64,000 nt of DNA from positions 161,274-225,273 of the forward strand of contig VRVR01000002.1 of assembly GCA_009859145.1 (NCBI GenBank), in the 5' to 3' direction. A model generated the notes under the pieces. The model saw only the letters and a list, made by a program, of their open reading frames with translations. It searched no databases and was not told where the DNA came from. Positions within the stretch are counted from its first letter, which is position 1. The number at the start of each line of letters is the position of its first letter. The position numbers and the translations under genes are program-made. Of this stretch, positions 10,294 through 22,413 are shown in pieces. The DNA is from Andalucia godoyi And28 (Eukaryota > Protista > Jakobida).

Positions 10294-11526
10294 ATGTCTG
10301 ATTCTGATTTCTCTGATGGAGACTTTGATTCTCCGGCACAGCGCACCCGTCGAATTGATGGTGACCGATCACAAAAGGTGCAGAATCAGCACTTTGACGA
10401 AGCGTTTGATGTTTCTGATGAGGACAGCTCTGGATCTCCTCCACATTCCCAGCCGCACTTGACCGCGACGTCGACTGCTGGTGCTGCTAGTTCGTCTTCG
10501 AAATTGCATCCACAACCACAGTCGCAACTACCACAATCGCAAACTGTTTCATCGTCGTCGGTGGCGGCACGACGGCAAACACGCGGTGATTCGCCTCCTT
10601 CTGCTTCGTATGACGACCATCTTCATCAAGACTATGATCAGAATGACGTAATGGAGCGTGATGAGGACGACGACGACGACGATGAGGAGGAGGAGGAGGA
10701 AGAAGAAGAAGAAGAGGAAGAAGACGAAGGGGACGAAGAGGATGTAAATGCGAGATATGGATCGGGCGGGTCGTCATATCAAAACAATGCACAGGCACAG
10801 GGACATGGCCGCGGATTGGGTGCTTCGGGGCCGATTCCGACAGCGTCTGGTACTGGGAGTGGGTTTGGTGGCGGAAGCGGCGGTGGTCTTGCTGGGATAT
10901 CGGATGATGCGGGTTCCGAGACGATGGAGACTGTGTTGTCGTACATGCGGTCGTTCGAGCCACAGGCGGTCGAACTTGATGCGCCAATCAAGACGTTCGT
11001 GCCGGAGCCGATTCCGTCTGTGGGTGACATGGATGCGTTTTTAAAGGTGCCTCGGCCCGATGAAAAGGCAGATAACCTTGGTTTGGTCGTGGTCGATGAG
11101 CCGGCTACCCGACAATCTGACCCGGCCGTCATGGATCTTCAGCTGCGAGCGCTTTCAAAGAAATCCGGAGTGCAGGCTGCTGTGGTTCGGTCCATTGAAA
11201 ACGCAGACAAGAACCCAAGGGCCGTCGCAACGTGGATCGAGAACATCTCGGCACTGCACTCCACCAAACCAAAGGTTCAAGTGCAATACACAAAGCCAAT
11301 GCCAGACATTGAGTCTCTAATGCAAACATGGCCTCCCGAGTTTGAAGACTTGTTGAACGAAGTGACCCTACCAGAGGCGGATGTCGCCCTGGAAATCGAC
11401 GACTTCGCCCGTGTCGCCTGTGCACTCGTCGACGTCCCGGTCTACACCAAGGTCGTCGAGTCCTTGCATGTCTTCTTCAGTCTCTATGCAGAATTCAAGG
11501 CCAACCAGCATTTCCAGGCCCAGTGA
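10294..11526 (+). CDS. IFT46: Intraflagellar transport protein 46
   Basis: Acidic N-terminus, then FVPEPIPSVGDMDAFLKVPRPD..LGLVVVDEP...QSDP...W...F...SLHVFFSLYAEFKANQHF, the IFT46_B_C pattern. Confidence 0.92.
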   Translation: MSDSDFSDGDFDSPAQRTRRIDGDRSQKVQNQHFDEAFDVSDEDSSGSPPHSQPHLTATSTAGAASSSSKLHPQPQSQLPQSQTVSSSSVAARRQTRGDSPPSASYDDHLHQDYDQNDVMERDEDDDDDDEEEEEEEEEEEEEDEGDEEDVNARYGSGGSSYQNNAQAQGHGRGLGASGPIPTASGTGSGFGGGSGGGLAGISDDAGSETMETVLSYMRSFEPQAVELDAPIKTFVPEPIPSVGDMDAFLKVPRPDEKADNLGLVVVDEPATRQSDPAVMDLQLRALSKKSGVQAAVVRSIENADKNPRAVATWIENISALHSTKPKVQVQYTKPMPDIESLMQTWPPEFEDLLNEVTLPEADVALEIDDFARVACALVDVPVYTKVVESLHVFFSLYAEFKANQHFQAQ

Positions 11527-11728
11527 ATGTGTAAATAAAGTGCAGTACTGAAAAGTGTCGTCATCCCTGACAGGTGTTTGCGGTTCTGTCGTAACTCCTC
11601 GGACGACAAAACTTTCGCCAATGCAATTTCTTCCTCGTCACCCTCCGAGTGTTCACCTGAGCATCCTTTCCCGGCCGATTGTTCTCAGACGCAACCAACA
11701 AAGGCTACAAAGCAAACGATCTTGATCC

Positions 11729-13092
11729 ATGTTTTCTCGCAAGCGCCCATTCTCTGGAGGCAATGATGCGCCTTTTTCAAAGCGGAAACCCGGTGGGGAC
11801 AAGCCGATCGCGGTCCAATCTTCTCGTCCTCCACAACAATCGTCTACTAAAACAAAACAATCACTACCGCAACCGCAACCGCAACCGCAACCGCAACCGC
11901 AACCGCAACCAACGGCCTTGAGACATCAGAGTAGTAAGCACAGCAGCTCTTCTTCACAGACGACGCACCCGTCTTCGTCAAACATCTTTTCGAAGAACAA
12001 TACTGCGAGAAGAACGACTCCTGATACTCGCCATGCACAAAAGGCTTCAGATCCAACGGCATCGCCCTCTTCTTCTGCGGGCCCAATGAGCAAGTTTGAG
12101 GAGAAGCTGCAAGGATCGAAGTTCCGTTGGATCAATGAGATTTTGTACACAACGCCGAGTGAAGAATCCGTGGCGTTGTTTGCAGAGGATCCATCATTGT
12201 TTGAGCTTGTATGACGTTCTCTTTTTATTCTTTCTCTTCCTGTTTTCCCCTTCGTCTTCGCCATCCTTTCTCTCGCTCTCACGAGCATCATTGCGCGATG
12301 TGCTTTGTTCTCGATTGCTAACGGGTTTTCAAATGTTAAATGTGCAGTACCATCAAGGATTTGAGAGCCAGGTGAGGAAGTGGCCAGAGAATCCGCTGAA
12401 CAGGATGGTCTCGCGCTTGAAAGGAATGCCGCAGACACTGGTCGTTGCGGATCTCGGCTGCGGCACTGCACAGCTTGCGCTGCAAGTTCCGCAAACTGTT
12501 CATTCATTCGATATGGTCGCCGCAAACGAAAGAATTCAGGTTGCAGACATGGCCAATGTTCCTTTGAAATCTGCCTCTGTCGATGTGTGTGTATACTGTT
12601 TATCACTTATGGGAACTAATGTCGTCGATTTCATCACGGAAGCAAGACGGATTCTCAAAGTCGGGTATGTTTCTGCACTGTTCCTATTCTGACAATCTCC
12701 AGAATCCTGTCTGCTATTGTTATTGTTATTATTATTATTATTCTTCTTCTTCCTTCTTTGCTTTGAATTGTCCTCCATTCGCTAATGTATGATCACCGTC
12801 GTCTCCTTCTTCATTTCCGGTCTTCATTCTGTTTTTTCATTCTATTTCTTCTTGCGAGGGGGACCTGTGTAGAGGCAAAGTCCTGGTTGCGGAAGTGTCC
12901 AGTCGGTTCGAGAATCCCCGAGGATTTGTGAAGCAGATTGAGGACCTGGGATTTAAAGTGCTGAAGCAGGACCTGTCCGGCTCGTTCTTTTTCTTCTTCG
13001 AGTTTGAAAAGATTGCACAAAGATCCTCCTCCTTATCTTCTGCTGAAGACGTCTCCATCCATTTAAAGCCGTGCTTGTACAAGAAGAGATGA
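11729..13092 (+). CDS. RRP8: rRNA m1A methyltransferase RRP8 (nucleomethylin); exons 11729-12208, 12348-12664, 12873-13092
   Basis: KLQGSKFRWINEILYT, YHQGFESQVRKWPENP, VADLGCG, VYCLSLMGTN, AEVSSRF, LKPCLYKKR. GT-AG introns restore the frame; branch site GCTAAC at 12317-12322. Confidence 0.93.
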
Positions 13093-13642
13093 GTAAACAA
13101 AATCGGTTGTAACCACAAATTGCCCGACCAAATGTTCTCCGCTCGATCAATCGCGCTCGTGCGCAGCCGCTTTTTTCATTGTTATTCTGCTCAAATCCCC
13201 TAGAGGGGGGATCGCCCATTTTTCGTCTTCGTCTTCGTCTTCTGTTTCGTTTTCTGTTTCGTTTTCTTTTTGACAAGGTGATTTTCCACCGCAAAAACCT
13301 CAACAAAAGAAACCGACCTTTGGCATTCCGCATCTTCCATTCTCTTGCTCGGCTCGTTTATTATTTTCTTGTCCTGTTCACCAAGAATCTTTCTCAAATC
13401 TCTCCTCTGCTGACTGCTACTGGCATTTCACTCTGTCTTTCCACTCCCTCTTCCTCATCATCTTCTTCATCCTCTTACTGTTTCTGTTGTCCTGTTCTTG
13501 TTTTTGCTGCAGTTTCATTGTCAGAAGTTGATTATTGTTCTTTGAAAAGGCAGAGAGGTGGGGAAAAGTTGCATTTTTTAAATTGTATTTCATTAGTATT
13601 ATTATTTGTTCGCCGAATTGAAAAAGTAGAGCTAGATTGGGA

Positions 13643-16600
13643 ATGAATCCACCACCAGAGCGATCTGCGCTTGATCAATACATCAAGAGACTTGGCGGAA
13701 GGCGAGTTATCCAGCGGGTCTTGATTTGCAATAATGGAATTGCGGCTGTGAAGGCCATTCGGTCGATTCGGAAATGGGCGTATTCCGAATTCTCAAACGA
13801 AAACACAATCACATTTGTCGCGATGGCTACTCCGGATGATATGGCCGCAAATGCAGAGTACATCCGCATGGCAGATGAATATGTCGAGGTGCCAGGCGGA
13901 AGGAATATTAACAATTATGCAAACGTAGATTTGATTGTGGATGTTGCGCTGCGTAAACATGTTGATGGAGTTTGGGCTGGATGGGGCCATGCCTCCGAGA
14001 ATCCAGAGCTTCCCCGAAAGCTTGTCTCAAGAGGCATTGCTTTTCTTGGACCTATGGACGGACCAATGGCGGCGCTTGGAGATAAGATCTCGTCGACCAT
14101 TGTGGCGCAGTCCGCAAATGTGCCATGTGTTCCATGGTCGGGCGATGCTGCGACTTCGTATGACGATGCGTGTGTCAAGACGGTTGAGGCTGCTGTTGAG
14201 CAAGGAAGACGTATTGGATTTCCACTCATGATCAAGGCTTCAGAGGGCGGTGGTGGAAAGGGCATTCGAAAATGCTTGAAAGAAGAGGACATTCCTGCTG
14301 CTTTTCGAGCCGTTTCTGCAGAGGTATTGGGTTCTCCGATCTTCCTCATGAAAATGGCATCGGCAGCACGGCACCTGGAGGTACAGCTTCTTGGTGATGA
14401 ATATGGCCAGGCCATTTCATTGCGTGGTCGCGATTGTTCTGTTCAGAGACGCCATCAGAAGATTATCGAAGAGGGCCCCGTGGTTGCTGCTCCACCCAGC
14501 ATGCTCGAGGAGATGGAACGTGCTGCGATCCGCCTTGCGAAAAAAGTCGGCTATTCGTCGGTTGGAACGGTAGAGTACCTGTTTACTGGCGGAGAATACT
14601 TTTTTTTGGAACTGAATCCTCGCTTGCAAGTAGAGCATCCAGTCACAGAATGGATCACTGGAGTCAATCTTCCAGCATGCCAGCTGCATGTTGCTTGCGG
14701 TGTCCCGTTGCACCGCATTCCTGACATTCGCCGATTGTACGGAGAAGATCCAGAGGGAGAATCCCCCATCGATTTCGACAACCGCAAGCAAATTCCTCCA
14801 CGTGGACACGTTATTGCCGTTCGCATTACGGCAGAGAATCCAGAGGAAGGATTCCAGCCCTCTTCTGGCGGCATTTCCGACGTCACATTCCGCAATTCGA
14901 CCAACGTTTGGGGATATTTTTCGGTTGTTTCGCTGGGCGGTGTCCATCAATTTGCCGACTCTCAGTTTGGGCATATCTTCTCTTGGGGAGAAACTCGCGA
15001 CGTGTCCCGCAAATCGTTGGTCATGGCATTGAAGGAGCTGTCGATCCGTGGAGATATCCGCACGACTGTCGAGTATCTGATTCACTTGTTAGAACGTGAA
15101 GATTTCGTGAAGAACAAGATTGATACAACATGGTTAGACGGTCTGATTCAAAACAAGGCTGTTTCTCAGCGGCCGAGAACGCAACTGGCGGTCATTTGCG
15201 CGGCCTTGCACAAGGCATATGGCCGGTGGACCCATCAGCAGCAAAGGTTTATGGATGCGATTCGTCGCGGTCAAGTCCTGAACGGCGAAGAGGGCGTCGA
15301 AGCGACATTCCCGGTTTCCTTGGTCTACGAAGGTAAGTCTTACTGCATCTCCGCGCATTTCTTCGGTCCTCAGCAAGTGTTCCTGGAATCAAACGGCAGC
15401 GTTACACGAACCGGTGTCCGAGCACTTCGTGATGGTTCACTGCTCATCCAGCTCGCAGATGGTCGCTCGCATCTGTCTTATGCCAAACAAGAAAAGACCG
15501 GATTGTTGCTGACAATCGACTCCCTATCCTGCTTCTTTTCCGATGATACGGATCCGACGAAGCTTCGGGCCACAATGCCGGGTAAGATCGTGCGATTTCT
15601 TAAACCTGAAGGATCCCATTTGGAGGCCAAAGAAGCATATGCGGAAATCGAGGTCATGAAGATGTACATGCAGTTGCGCACACCATTGGCCGGTGTTCTT
15701 TCCAAGGTTCACGTCTCCGAAGGCACGTCAATCGATGTTGGGGAGTTGATCGGCACTCTGGAGTTGGACGACCCTACGCAGGTGCCGATTGTTGAGCCTT
15801 TCACAGGAGGTTTCGACGATGCCATTATGTACCGGGCTCGTGCAAGGACGGGCTTTGCTGGCCTTTCCGAGTATCGGCACCGTCTGTCAGACCTCAAGCG
15901 TCTGGTGCAGGGGTACCCGTTACCGGCGAGCGTGTATTTGCAGACTCTCGAAGACTCCCTCTCTGTGTTTGACGATGTAGAAAACCCCGCATTTTGTGCT
16001 TGCGAGTTACTGGAACTGCTTTCCGTTCTCAAGCTGTCTCTTCCAAAGTCCGCTGTGGACCGACTCATGGAACTTGCCGAGAGCGCCACGTTTACTCATG
16101 AGAAACTGACGCTGCTGATTTCGGCGTTAACTCTGGAGTTTTCGGGCGATGCCTTCGTCTCGCAAATTGCAGCATTCCACGCAGGATGGAGGGACGGTCC
16201 TCTTACGCGCAAGATCAGTCTGTTTTCAGAGCTGATATCCTTGTACATGTCGGCAGAGCGGCCTTTCAATTTCTCTCCGTCTCGTCGTCGGGAAGATGTG
16301 CTTTTGGAGCTGCGAGAGCAGTACAAGGATTCCTTGGAGAATGTTCAAGAAATCGCATTTTCTCGAGCATCGTTTGTCCGGCGACGCCGAATTATGTTAG
16401 TGTTGTTCGACAAGATTGAGAAATCTGGTCTGACAGTCCACCTTGGCGTCCCACTCAAGGAATGCTCCTTGCTGACGTCAAAATTGAATGCTGAAGTTTG
16501 TCTGACTGCAAAGCGGTTGCTGATGAAGCTCGGACTTCCATCGACTGCTCAGCAGCTTGCAATTCTACGCAGCAAATTGGAAGAGGTCGTGAATTTTGAT

Positions 16601-19600
16601 TCGCGCAACGCCCAGGAGCCTCACGCTCGCGATCGAGGGTTCTTAATCCGGAAGATTTGCAGCAATCAGCTTTTCACCATTGAATCTTTGTTGCCCTTTT
16701 TTGATCATGCGGACGCGCGTGTTCGCTCTGTTGCGTATGAAGTCTATGTCCGGCGCCTCAATCAATCGTTTTCAATCAGCACGCTCCAGTGTGTTGGAGA
16801 AAGATCCGTTTGTAAATGGACGTTTGAAGAAGATCGTGGAGCGCGTCGTCACGAGGGAATCATTGGCGCCATTTCCATGGACAATCTCCAGAATTTGTCT
16901 GGTCGTTCCAAGATGTCGCTGTCTCCTTCCAGATTTACGTCTCGCACCGCCTCTCCGAACTATTCCGCTGGAGACTCTTCTGGGGATGATCGTGTGAATG
17001 ACGGGTCCTTTGGGTTTGGTGTTCTGCAGATATGCAAAGATTTGTCGAAAATATCTGCTGTATTGCTGTCAATGCTCGATGAAGGAGAACAGCGCACTTC
17101 TTCTGTTGTCTTCTTCAAAGTAGTGTTTCTAATGGGTAGCCTGTCAATGGTGGAGAAGGAACTTCTTGCCTATCTGACAACTGCTGTTTTGTCTGTGAAG
17201 GACCAACTGCATCTCGGGAATGTTCGTCGCGTGACATTCTGTTGCTGGAAGCCCGGAGATTCGCCGCGCTACTTCACTTTCCGTCAGCGTTTCGACTATC
17301 AAGAAGATCCGATTTATCGCCACATAGAACCTACACTTGCGTACACGCTTGAATTGAGAAGCTTGAACAATTTCAACATCAACCTCGTACCAACTGCTGA
17401 GCAAGTGCATCATGCCGTTCATGTTTACTATGCAGAATCCCGACCTGAACGGACAAGTGTGGCTGTCCGATCTGGTTCCGGAGTTCCGGTTGACAAACGA
17501 TTCTTTGTTCGAACCATTATTTCGGAGGCCGACGTTTTTGGAGCAATGGCGCAGGCAACACGGGAGTTTCAATTCAGCGAAGCAGAGCGTGTGTTTGTCG
17601 AATGCTTGAACGCGCTGGAGATTGCCATTGGGTCGCATCCGTGTGGAGATGAGTGTTTTTTCAACCACGTATTCATGAGTTGGCTTCCGGACGTTACGGT
17701 GCCTGTCGAGGACATATTTTCCATGTTGCTGATCATTGCGAGTCGCCATGCAAAACGGTTGCTGCTTCTGAAAGTATCTGCTGTGGAGGTAGTCCTTACT
17801 GTCATCCCGAGCGATGCATCTGTTTCCTCCTCCTCTTGTGTTGAGCTCGAGGATCATAGCCCTTTGAAAGTCCGGCTGGTGGCGTCGAATCCATCGATGT
17901 TTGCAATGCAAACTGAAATGTATTGTGAAAAGGACGGCAAATTTGAACCGCTGATGGGTACTCGCGGACGCTTGGCAGGCTGCGATGTCAATACTGCTTA
18001 CTCGGTGTTTTCAATGGTTGATCAAAAGCGCATCCTCGCGTGGAAGTGCGAAACTCCATATGTGTATGACTATCCGGCGGTAATTGATTCTGAATTGCAG
18101 AACATGTGGTCTGCGATTGGTCGTGTGCCCCCAGAACTGTCTGGGTCGAAGCTGCTGATTGCGCAAGAACTTGTATTGAACCCCAAGACGCTCTGCCTGG
18201 TTCCGACAGATCGCGCTCCCGGAGAAAACAACTGCGGCATGGTCGTTTGGAAAATGTCTTTGGCGACCCCGGAATGCTTTGCTGAAAGCCGGACAGGAGA
18301 TAAGAACGTATTGATGTACCGCGACATTATTGTGATTGCAAACGATATCACGTACCAGTCTGGTTCGTTTTCCATTGATGAAGACAGTCTGTTTGCGGCT
18401 GCATCTAGATATGCTGCTGAGAATCGTTTACCACGGATCTACATATCTGCCAACTCCGGAGCTCGCATTGGTCTTGCAGACGAAGTGAAGAGGTTGTTTA
18501 GGGCAGCATTTACTCCCACTGGTGCCGTCGACTATCTGTACCTGACCGCAGAGGACTATGCCGATCTTAAGAACAGCGTGCGTGCGGAGCTTGTTTCTGT
18601 GGATGTCGGAGGGTCAAAAGAAGATCGATACCGAATCACAGACATCATCGGTAGGAAGGATGGATTGGGAGTGGAGAACCTCAAAGGATCCGGTCTGATT
18701 GCCGGCGAGACATCTCGAGCCTACACAGAGACGTTTACGCTGTCTATTGTCACCGGTCGATCTGTCGGTATTGGGGCGTACGTTGTCCGTCTTGGTCAAA
18801 GAGTAATTCAAGTGGGTCAATCGCCCATTCTCCTCACAGGTTCTGCAGCACTGAACAAGGTTCTAGGAAAACAAGTGTATTCGTCAAATGTGCAGATTGG
18901 TGGACCCCAGATCATGTACCACAATGGAGTGTCGCATGTCCATGTTCATGACGATGTCCGAGCGATCAAAGCAATGCTCCAGTGGCTGTCGTTCGTGGTT
19001 CCTCGGTCGCTTGGACACTCACTGAGCGCCGCTTCGTCTGTTCCTTCTTCGACTTATTTCGTCGAACGTGCTCTTCCGTTCTTCCATGACACGAATCCGG
19101 ACCGGGATGTTACATTCTCTCCTCGGAAGAATGTTCCGTACGATCCGCGCTGTCTTTTGCAAGGAGAAAAGGAATCTGGAACTCTAGGAATGTTTGACGA
19201 TGGATCGTTTTTCGAAACATTAAGCGGGTGGGCTGGTAATGTCGTTACTGGACGGGCGCGGTTGGGCGGAATCCCTGTTGGTGTAGTGTGCGTAGAGACG
19301 CGGCCCGTAGATGTGGTCATTCCTGCGGATCCTGCGGATGAGGCTTCTCAAGAGAAGCGAGTAAGACAAGCCGGGCAGGTTTGGTATCCGAACAGTGCAT
19401 TCAAAACGGCACAGGCTATTCGCGATTTTGACAAGGGCGAGCATCTTCCGTTGTTTATCCTAGCAAATTGGCGTGGGTTCTCTGGTGGAATGCGGGATAT
19501 GTTTGAGGAAATTTTGAAGTACGGGTCGTATATTGTCGATGCGCTGCGCGAGTATTCCCAGCCAATCTTCATTTATTTGCCGCCATTTGCGGAGTTACGC

Positions 19601-20332
19601 GGAGGGGCGTGGGTTGTCGTTGATCCGTCCATCAACTCCGCGCAAATCGAAATGTTTGCAGATCCGAATGCACGCGGCGGGGTTCTGGAACCCGATGGCG
19701 TCGTCGAAATCAAATTCCGTGATGTAGATTTGAAGAACACCATGAATCGATTGGATGTTGAATGTTCTCGTCTTGCTGTTGCTGGGTCGTCTGGGGATGC
19801 AGTTGCGCGTGCGAAGCTTTCGGAAAGACAGCAGCAATTGCTTCCAACGTATCGGAGAATGGCGGAGTTGTTTGCAGACCTCCATGACACGCCAGGAAGA
19901 ATGCTTGCCAAGGATACGATTCACGATATTGTTCCATGGTCGCAATCTCGTCGTTACTTCTTTGGAAGATTGTGTCGACGACTGTGTGAAAATGAGATTG
20001 TCGGTTCGTGTCGTTCAAAGTCGGGATTTTCCGATTTGTCCGGTACTGATTTGATCGCATTTTGGCGAAAGAAAGTCGAGGAATGGATGAAAGCGGATGG
20101 TGTTTTGGTGTTAGATGATCGCTCCATTGCTTCCTGGATTTTGAAGAGTCGCGCTACTGTGATCGAGCGTGAATTGAAACTTCGTGATTTGCAGTCCAGG
20201 CTGCAGGAAATCGGAAGCATCGCGGAGTCCGACTACGAAGCGCTTGGACATGCATTCCGTGTTTTTGTTGACAGCATGCCTGTCGAAAAGCGAGAGGCTC
20301 TGCTCAAAGTAGTCTCTCCTTCCGTTCAGTAG
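13643..20332 (+). CDS. ACC1: Multidomain (homomeric) acetyl-CoA carboxylase, intronless
   Basis: Biotin carboxylase (VLICNNGIAAVKAIRSIR, GWGHASENP, ELNPRLQVEHP), biotin carrier (EVMKM), carboxyltransferase (ANSGARIG, ANWRGFSGG). First ATG at 13643. Confidence 0.97.
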   Translation: MNPPPERSALDQYIKRLGGRRVIQRVLICNNGIAAVKAIRSIRKWAYSEFSNENTITFVAMATPDDMAANAEYIRMADEYVEVPGGRNINNYANVDLIVDVALRKHVDGVWAGWGHASENPELPRKLVSRGIAFLGPMDGPMAALGDKISSTIVAQSANVPCVPWSGDAATSYDDACVKTVEAAVEQGRRIGFPLMIKASEGGGGKGIRKCLKEEDIPAAFRAVSAEVLGSPIFLMKMASAARHLEVQLLGDEYGQAISLRGRDCSVQRRHQKIIEEGPVVAAPPSMLEEMERAAIRLAKKVGYSSVGTVEYLFTGGEYFFLELNPRLQVEHPVTEWITGVNLPACQLHVACGVPLHRIPDIRRLYGEDPEGESPIDFDNRKQIPPRGHVIAVRITAENPEEGFQPSSGGISDVTFRNSTNVWGYFSVVSLGGVHQFADSQFGHIFSWGETRDVSRKSLVMALKELSIRGDIRTTVEYLIHLLEREDFVKNKIDTTWLDGLIQNKAVSQRPRTQLAVICAALHKAYGRWTHQQQRFMDAIRRGQVLNGEEGVEATFPVSLVYEGKSYCISAHFFGPQQVFLESNGSVTRTGVRALRDGSLLIQLADGRSHLSYAKQEKTGLLLTIDSLSCFFSDDTDPTKLRATMPGKIVRFLKPEGSHLEAKEAYAEIEVMKMYMQLRTPLAGVLSKVHVSEGTSIDVGELIGTLELDDPTQVPIVEPFTGGFDDAIMYRARARTGFAGLSEYRHRLSDLKRLVQGYPLPASVYLQTLEDSLSVFDDVENPAFCACELLELLSVLKLSLPKSAVDRLMELAESATFTHEKLTLLISALTLEFSGDAFVSQIAAFHAGWRDGPLTRKISLFSELISLYMSAERPFNFSPSRRREDVLLELREQYKDSLENVQEIAFSRASFVRRRRIMLVLFDKIEKSGLTVHLGVPLKECSLLTSKLNAEVCLTAKRLLMKLGLPSTAQQLAILRSKLEEVVNFDSRNAQEPHARDRGFLIRKICSNQLFTIESLLPFFDHADARVRSVAYEVYVRRLNQSFSISTLQCVGERSVCKWTFEEDRGARRHEGIIGAISMDNLQNLSGRSKMSLSPSRFTSRTASPNYSAGDSSGDDRVNDGSFGFGVLQICKDLSKISAVLLSMLDEGEQRTSSVVFFKVVFLMGSLSMVEKELLAYLTTAVLSVKDQLHLGNVRRVTFCCWKPGDSPRYFTFRQRFDYQEDPIYRHIEPTLAYTLELRSLNNFNINLVPTAEQVHHAVHVYYAESRPERTSVAVRSGSGVPVDKRFFVRTIISEADVFGAMAQATREFQFSEAERVFVECLNALEIAIGSHPCGDECFFNHVFMSWLPDVTVPVEDIFSMLLIIASRHAKRLLLLKVSAVEVVLTVIPSDASVSSSSCVELEDHSPLKVRLVASNPSMFAMQTEMYCEKDGKFEPLMGTRGRLAGCDVNTAYSVFSMVDQKRILAWKCETPYVYDYPAVIDSELQNMWSAIGRVPPELSGSKLLIAQELVLNPKTLCLVPTDRAPGENNCGMVVWKMSLATPECFAESRTGDKNVLMYRDIIVIANDITYQSGSFSIDEDSLFAAASRYAAENRLPRIYISANSGARIGLADEVKRLFRAAFTPTGAVDYLYLTAEDYADLKNSVRAELVSVDVGGSKEDRYRITDIIGRKDGLGVENLKGSGLIAGETSRAYTETFTLSIVTGRSVGIGAYVVRLGQRVIQVGQSPILLTGSAALNKVLGKQVYSSNVQIGGPQIMYHNGVSHVHVHDDVRAIKAMLQWLSFVVPRSLGHSLSAASSVPSSTYFVERALPFFHDTNPDRDVTFSPRKNVPYDPRCLLQGEKESGTLGMFDDGSFFETLSGWAGNVVTGRARLGGIPVGVVCVETRPVDVVIPADPADEASQEKRVRQAGQVWYPNSAFKTAQAIRDFDKGEHLPLFILANWRGFSGGMRDMFEEILKYGSYIVDALREYSQPIFIYLPPFAELRGGAWVVVDPSINSAQIEMFADPNARGGVLEPDGVVEIKFRDVDLKNTMNRLDVECSRLAVAGSSGDAVARAKLSERQQQLLPTYRRMAELFADLHDTPGRMLAKDTIHDIVPWSQSRRYFFGRLCRRLCENEIVGSCRSKSGFSDLSGTDLIAFWRKKVEEWMKADGVLVLDDRSIASWILKSRATVIERELKLRDLQSRLQEIGSIAESDYEALGHAFRVFVDSMPVEKREALLKVVSPSVQ

Positions 20333-20380
20333 TAGCAATGGCAGGAGACGTAAAAAATGTGTCAAATATATGTATATGCA

Positions 20381-21578
20381 TTATCCGTTTGTTTTTACTA
20401 CTCCAGTGATGGAGAGCTTTTCCAAAAGCAACTGGATCTCTTGCATTGAACGCAAGACTTTGTCCAACGCCAAAACATCCAGATTTATGTCCGAAGGTTG
20501 AACATCCGTCAGCATTTCTGGGGCGTGCGACTGCGCCTTGATGACATCCCAGGATGCTTTGTTCTCCACGAAAGCATTTGCAAATGAGGCGGCATTTCCG
20601 CCCAAGCTGGTTGTCGATGCATTCAACTGTCGCAAGTTGCCAAGGATCGAGTGCGCCTTTTGCAGTCTCTGCGATGATGATGAAGATGACAGACACGTCA
20701 ATGGTTAGTGGACTGCGATCCAGACTGAAAGCAGGCGACGAGGGAGTTGCGGCACAAAACACATACAATATCTGCTTCGAACTTCCGCGTCTCCAGCTTT
20801 GCAGAGCGCTGTGAACTCCTCGTTTGCATGACGCCGTCCAGCTCTTTCAGGCAAACGTCCCTGCGATGCTCGACGATCTGAACCATTCCCGTGAACGCGC
20901 TCCTGACCATGTTCTTCACCGCCTGAACTTCCTTTAGAAAATCTCCTTCGACGTCTCTGTGATTTGAAGGCCTATCATTCTCTTTCAGGTATTGCTCCAG
21001 CTCCTGCATTGCACCTTCGGATTCGTCCCGGAGCTCCTGGAGCACGGATTGTGCGCGCTGCACGTTGTGATGCTGGTCTGCGCACGTTGTGATTCAGTCA
21101 GCACCACATCTGGAAATCGCTCTGCATCGGAATGTGAGAAAAACATCTAAAAGACGTACGAACGGAAACCGCACAGTCTGCGCAAAAACAACGACTTCTG
21201 CAGTCCATGCAAAAGTACGTTGCATCCTGGAGAGGGTGAGCAGTGCAATTTGTGTATTTGGCTCTTTTCCCCTCCCGTTTCGCGTGGACACAAGTATTAG
21301 AGACCCGGTGGAAAATGCAGGCAGAGTGAGTTTGGGTCGTTGGGGAAGACGGGGGAAGTTCGTAAGACATACAGGAACTCGTCCACGGAAATCCGATCGT
21401 GGCCTGCGTCGTGTGCGCATGTATTTTGGGAATCGCATCGCGCACAAAAGAACCCTTTGCAACTTCGGCAGAACAGTACCGCGTCTTTTGGCCCTTTCGA
21501 AAATGATGATTTGCAAAAATCGCAAACTCGCCTTGTTCTCGGCTTGTCTGCTGCTGCAGTTGTTCCGTAAGGCTGCAT
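20381..21578 (-). CDS. B-box1/B-box2/coiled-coil (TRIM-like, RING-less) zinc-finger protein, 4 exons
   Basis: Exon 1 (21373-21578) CDFC...FCRSCKGFFCARC...HDAGH; exon 2 CTAHPLQDATYFCMDCRSRCFCADCAVSV|HQHH; then coiled coil. Introns have GTATGT/GTACGT donors that join the frames. Confidence 0.75.
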
Positions 21579-21932
21579 CGCTTGGTTTAGAAAACACCGT
21601 AACGGGGGTTGCGCGAAACTGTCGACTCTCGATTAAACAATTCGATTCTCAGCAAAATAAATGTTCGCAAACGTACGACTCGCGAGAGCACACACGGGGG
21701 AAAAGTGTGTCGGATAAGCAACCGACAACAGACGTACACATTCGTTTCTGTTTCTCATTTTCGCCTGAGTTCCGAGTTCCGGGTTCTGACCTGTCGGACG
21801 TGCCAGTTGGGCTTATCAGACTCATCTGAGAAAACAAAAACTACCGCAGAATGCTGATGTATGGTCGTCCTGCAATACTGGCCTGGCCTTCGGGGAGAGA
21901 GAACTGTTGAGCCGAATCGCGGAACGGAGCCA

Positions 21933-22313
21933 ATGTCCATTACGGATTTGCGAGATGAGTTGCGCCGGTTTGCGGCAGAACGCGATTGGGATCAGTTCCA
22001 CACACCAAGGAGTCTCCTTTTGGCATTAACTGGGGAAGTGGGAGAGCTGTGCGAGCTGATGCAGTGGAAGACAGACGAACAAATTCGACAGCTGGCATTG
22101 GAATCAAAGGACGACACATATCGTACCAAGATCAGTCATGAACTCGCAGACGTTTTCACGTATCTTATTCGGTTGTCCGACAAGGTCGGCGTCGATCTTT
22201 ACGAGGCTACGAAGGACAAGATCGTTCACAACGCGTTGAAGTATCCCGTGACGCTGTGCAAAGGAAAGTCTGACAAGTATGACGAACTGAAATCAACAAA
22301 CAACCTGCAGTGA
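21933..22313 (+). CDS. DCTPP1: dCTP pyrophosphatase 1 (MazG-like)
   Basis: FAAERDWDQFHTPRSLLLALTGEVGELCELMQW...ELADVFTYLIRLSD...D...KI..NALKYP. Confidence 0.92.
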   Translation: MSITDLRDELRRFAAERDWDQFHTPRSLLLALTGEVGELCELMQWKTDEQIRQLALESKDDTYRTKISHELADVFTYLIRLSDKVGVDLYEATKDKIVHNALKYPVTLCKGKSDKYDELKSTNNLQ

Positions 22314-22413
22314 ACAACAAAAGCAACCGACAAAACATCATCATCATCGTCATTTTATTTATTCGATTCTTTTTAGAATATTAAACATCGACACGATCCC
22401 CAAAGACGACTGA